DNA from: TPA_inf: Saccharomyces
Taxonomy: Eukaryota
Direction of reading: 5' to 3'
Length of the DNA: 64,000 nucleotides
Assembly: GCA_000146045.2 (NCBI GenBank)
Contig: BK006938.2
Span: forward strand, 1,216,001 to 1,280,000
Shown here one piece after another: positions 62,839-64,000 of the stretch; position 1 is the stretch's first letter, and every line of letters starts with the position of its first letter. The notes below the pieces were generated by a model that was not told the DNA's origin, ran no database searches, and saw only the letters and a list, made by a program, of their open reading frames with translations. The position numbers and the translations under genes are program-made.

Positions 62839-63165
62839 GAGTCTCGAGCGGGTCCGCGAGGGGCGGATCTGCAACGCACGGTGCCGGGGTTAAGGTATGG
62901 CACGATGGTAAGACGATGAGGGAAAAGAATACTGCTACTGCTGTGCGAGACTTTGGTAGTAGGGATCGGAAAGGGAGCATGTACATCTGAGGAATATATA
63001 AGCAGGAGCTCTCTACCTGGACCAAATTGCCTTCTTATGTTGCTGTAAAGAGATTTGCTAGTCTTGTTGTAGATACGTCATATGCAGTATTCAAGTATAC
63101 TACTGTTAAGAACATCACATCACTAATACTATTAGCGTATAACAGTTACTATACGAATATATAAA

Positions 63166-63179
63166 CACACACACACACA
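63166..63179. repeat. (AC)7 microsatellite in the PDR15 5' leader
   Basis: acacacacacacac lying 30 bp upstream of the ATG. Confidence 0.8.
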
Positions 63180-63209
63180 AGCAAACACACTTATAATTAT
63201 CAAAAACCT

Positions 63210-64000
63210 ATGTCATCAGATATCAGAGACGTAGAGGAACGAAATTCGCGGAGCTCGAGCTCAAGCTCGAGCTCGAACTCTGCCGCCCAATCCATTGGAC
63301 AGCATCCATACCGCGGTTTCGACAGCGAAGCCGCGGAAAGGGTGCATGAGTTGGCTAGAACACTCACATCGCAGAGTTTACTATACACTGCTAACTCAAA
63401 CAATAGCTCTTCCAGCAACCATAATGCGCACAATGCGGACTCGAGATCCGTATTTTCTACGGACATGGAAGGTGTGAACCCGGTGTTCACTAACCCGGAC
63501 ACCCCGGGATACAATCCCAAATTGGACCCTAACAGTGATCAATTCTCCAGTACGGCGTGGGTACAGAACATGGCAAATATTTGTACTTCGGACCCGGATT
63601 TCTATAAACCATACTCACTCGGTTGTGTATGGAAGAATCTAAGCGCCTCCGGAGACTCCGCCGATGTGTCATACCAGTCAACTTTCGCTAACATCGTACC
63701 AAAGCTGCTTACGAAAGGGCTCAGATTACTGAAGCCCAGTAAAGAAGAGGACACTTTTCAGATCCTGAAACCCATGGATGGTTGTCTTAATCCCGGTGAA
63801 CTGTTGGTTGTTCTTGGGAGACCAGGGTCAGGTTGTACTACGCTGCTAAAATCCATATCTTCTAATTCGCACGGGTTCAAGATCGCAAAAGACTCCATTG
63901 TCTCTTACAACGGTTTGTCAAGCTCGGATATCAGGAAACATTACCGTGGTGAAGTCGTTTACAATGCGGAATCAGATATTCATTTACCGCATCTTACCGT
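63210..64000 (+). CDS. PDR15: PDR15 (YDR406W) PDR-family ABC transporter, N-terminal part; continues past the right edge
   Basis: The ATG at 63210 gives MSSDIRDVEERNSRSSSSSSSSNSAAQSIGQHPYRGFDSE... and Walker A GRPGSGCTT is visible. No stop before the window end, so the ORF track omits it. Confidence 0.85.
   Translation, partial: MSSDIRDVEERNSRSSSSSSSSNSAAQSIGQHPYRGFDSEAAERVHELARTLTSQSLLYTANSNNSSSSNHNAHNADSRSVFSTDMEGVNPVFTNPDTPGYNPKLDPNSDQFSSTAWVQNMANICTSDPDFYKPYSLGCVWKNLSASGDSADVSYQSTFANIVPKLLTKGLRLLKPSKEEDTFQILKPMDGCLNPGELLVVLGRPGSGCTTLLKSISSNSHGFKIAKDSIVSYNGLSSSDIRKHYRGEVVYNAESDIHLPHLT

Noticed and set aside
62614-63025. Five mutually overlapping ORFs (80-101 aa) on both strands before PDR15
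   Set aside because: They arise because the GC-rich promoter island lacks AT-rich stop codons; their Arg/Ala/Gly-rich translations are typical of GC noise.

Overview
This window reads as a contiguous, syntenic stretch of the Saccharomyces cerevisiae chromosome IV right arm, from the 5' part of XRS2 (YDR369C) through the start of PDR15 (YDR406W). Both ends are truncated genes. Nearly every long ORF matches a yeast protein I recognise by sequence. In order: XRS2, DXO1, CTS2, VPS74, FRQ1, PHO92, WIP1/YDR374W-A, BCS1, ARH1, ATP17, LSM6, RGA2, SDH6/YDR379C-A, ARO10, YRA1 (766-nt intron), YDR381C-A (spliced), RPP2B, NKP1, ATO3, EFT2, MUS81, YDR387C, RVS167, SAC7, UBA2, a tRNA-Gly(CCC), YDR391C, SPT3, SHE9, RPT3, SXM1, NCB2 (spliced; overlapped by dubious YDR396W), UTP5, HPT1, URH1, DIT2 (overlapped by dubious YDR401W), DIT1, RPB7, MRP20, PDR15. 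Gene density is about 1 per 1.5 kb, AT content is about 62%, and introns carry GTATGT 5' sites and TACTAAC-like branch points. The supplied ORF track often starts ORFs at non-ATG codons (TTG/GTG). I therefore trimmed gene starts to the first ATG that reproduces the known protein N-terminus. I see no inserted foreign DNA and no prokaryotic-style system (no CRISPR, no operons), and no unaccounted ORF longer than 150 aa. The largest gap is 1.2 kb, between ATO3 and EFT2. The observations worth a second look are therefore regulatory, structural and about gene models. They include an Aro80-type CCG-repeat UAS before ARO10, the YRA1 autoregulatory intron, an unusual 3' splice-site choice in YDR381C-A, a PACE box before RPT3, PAC+RRPE before UTP5, and a GC-rich PDRE/STRE island before PDR15. 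A G-quadruplex motif plus a Gcn4 site lie before ATO3, tandem Mcm1-like boxes lie before SAC7, and an MSE lies in the DIT1/DIT2 divergent region. All coordinates are from manual counting and are good to about 2 nt.
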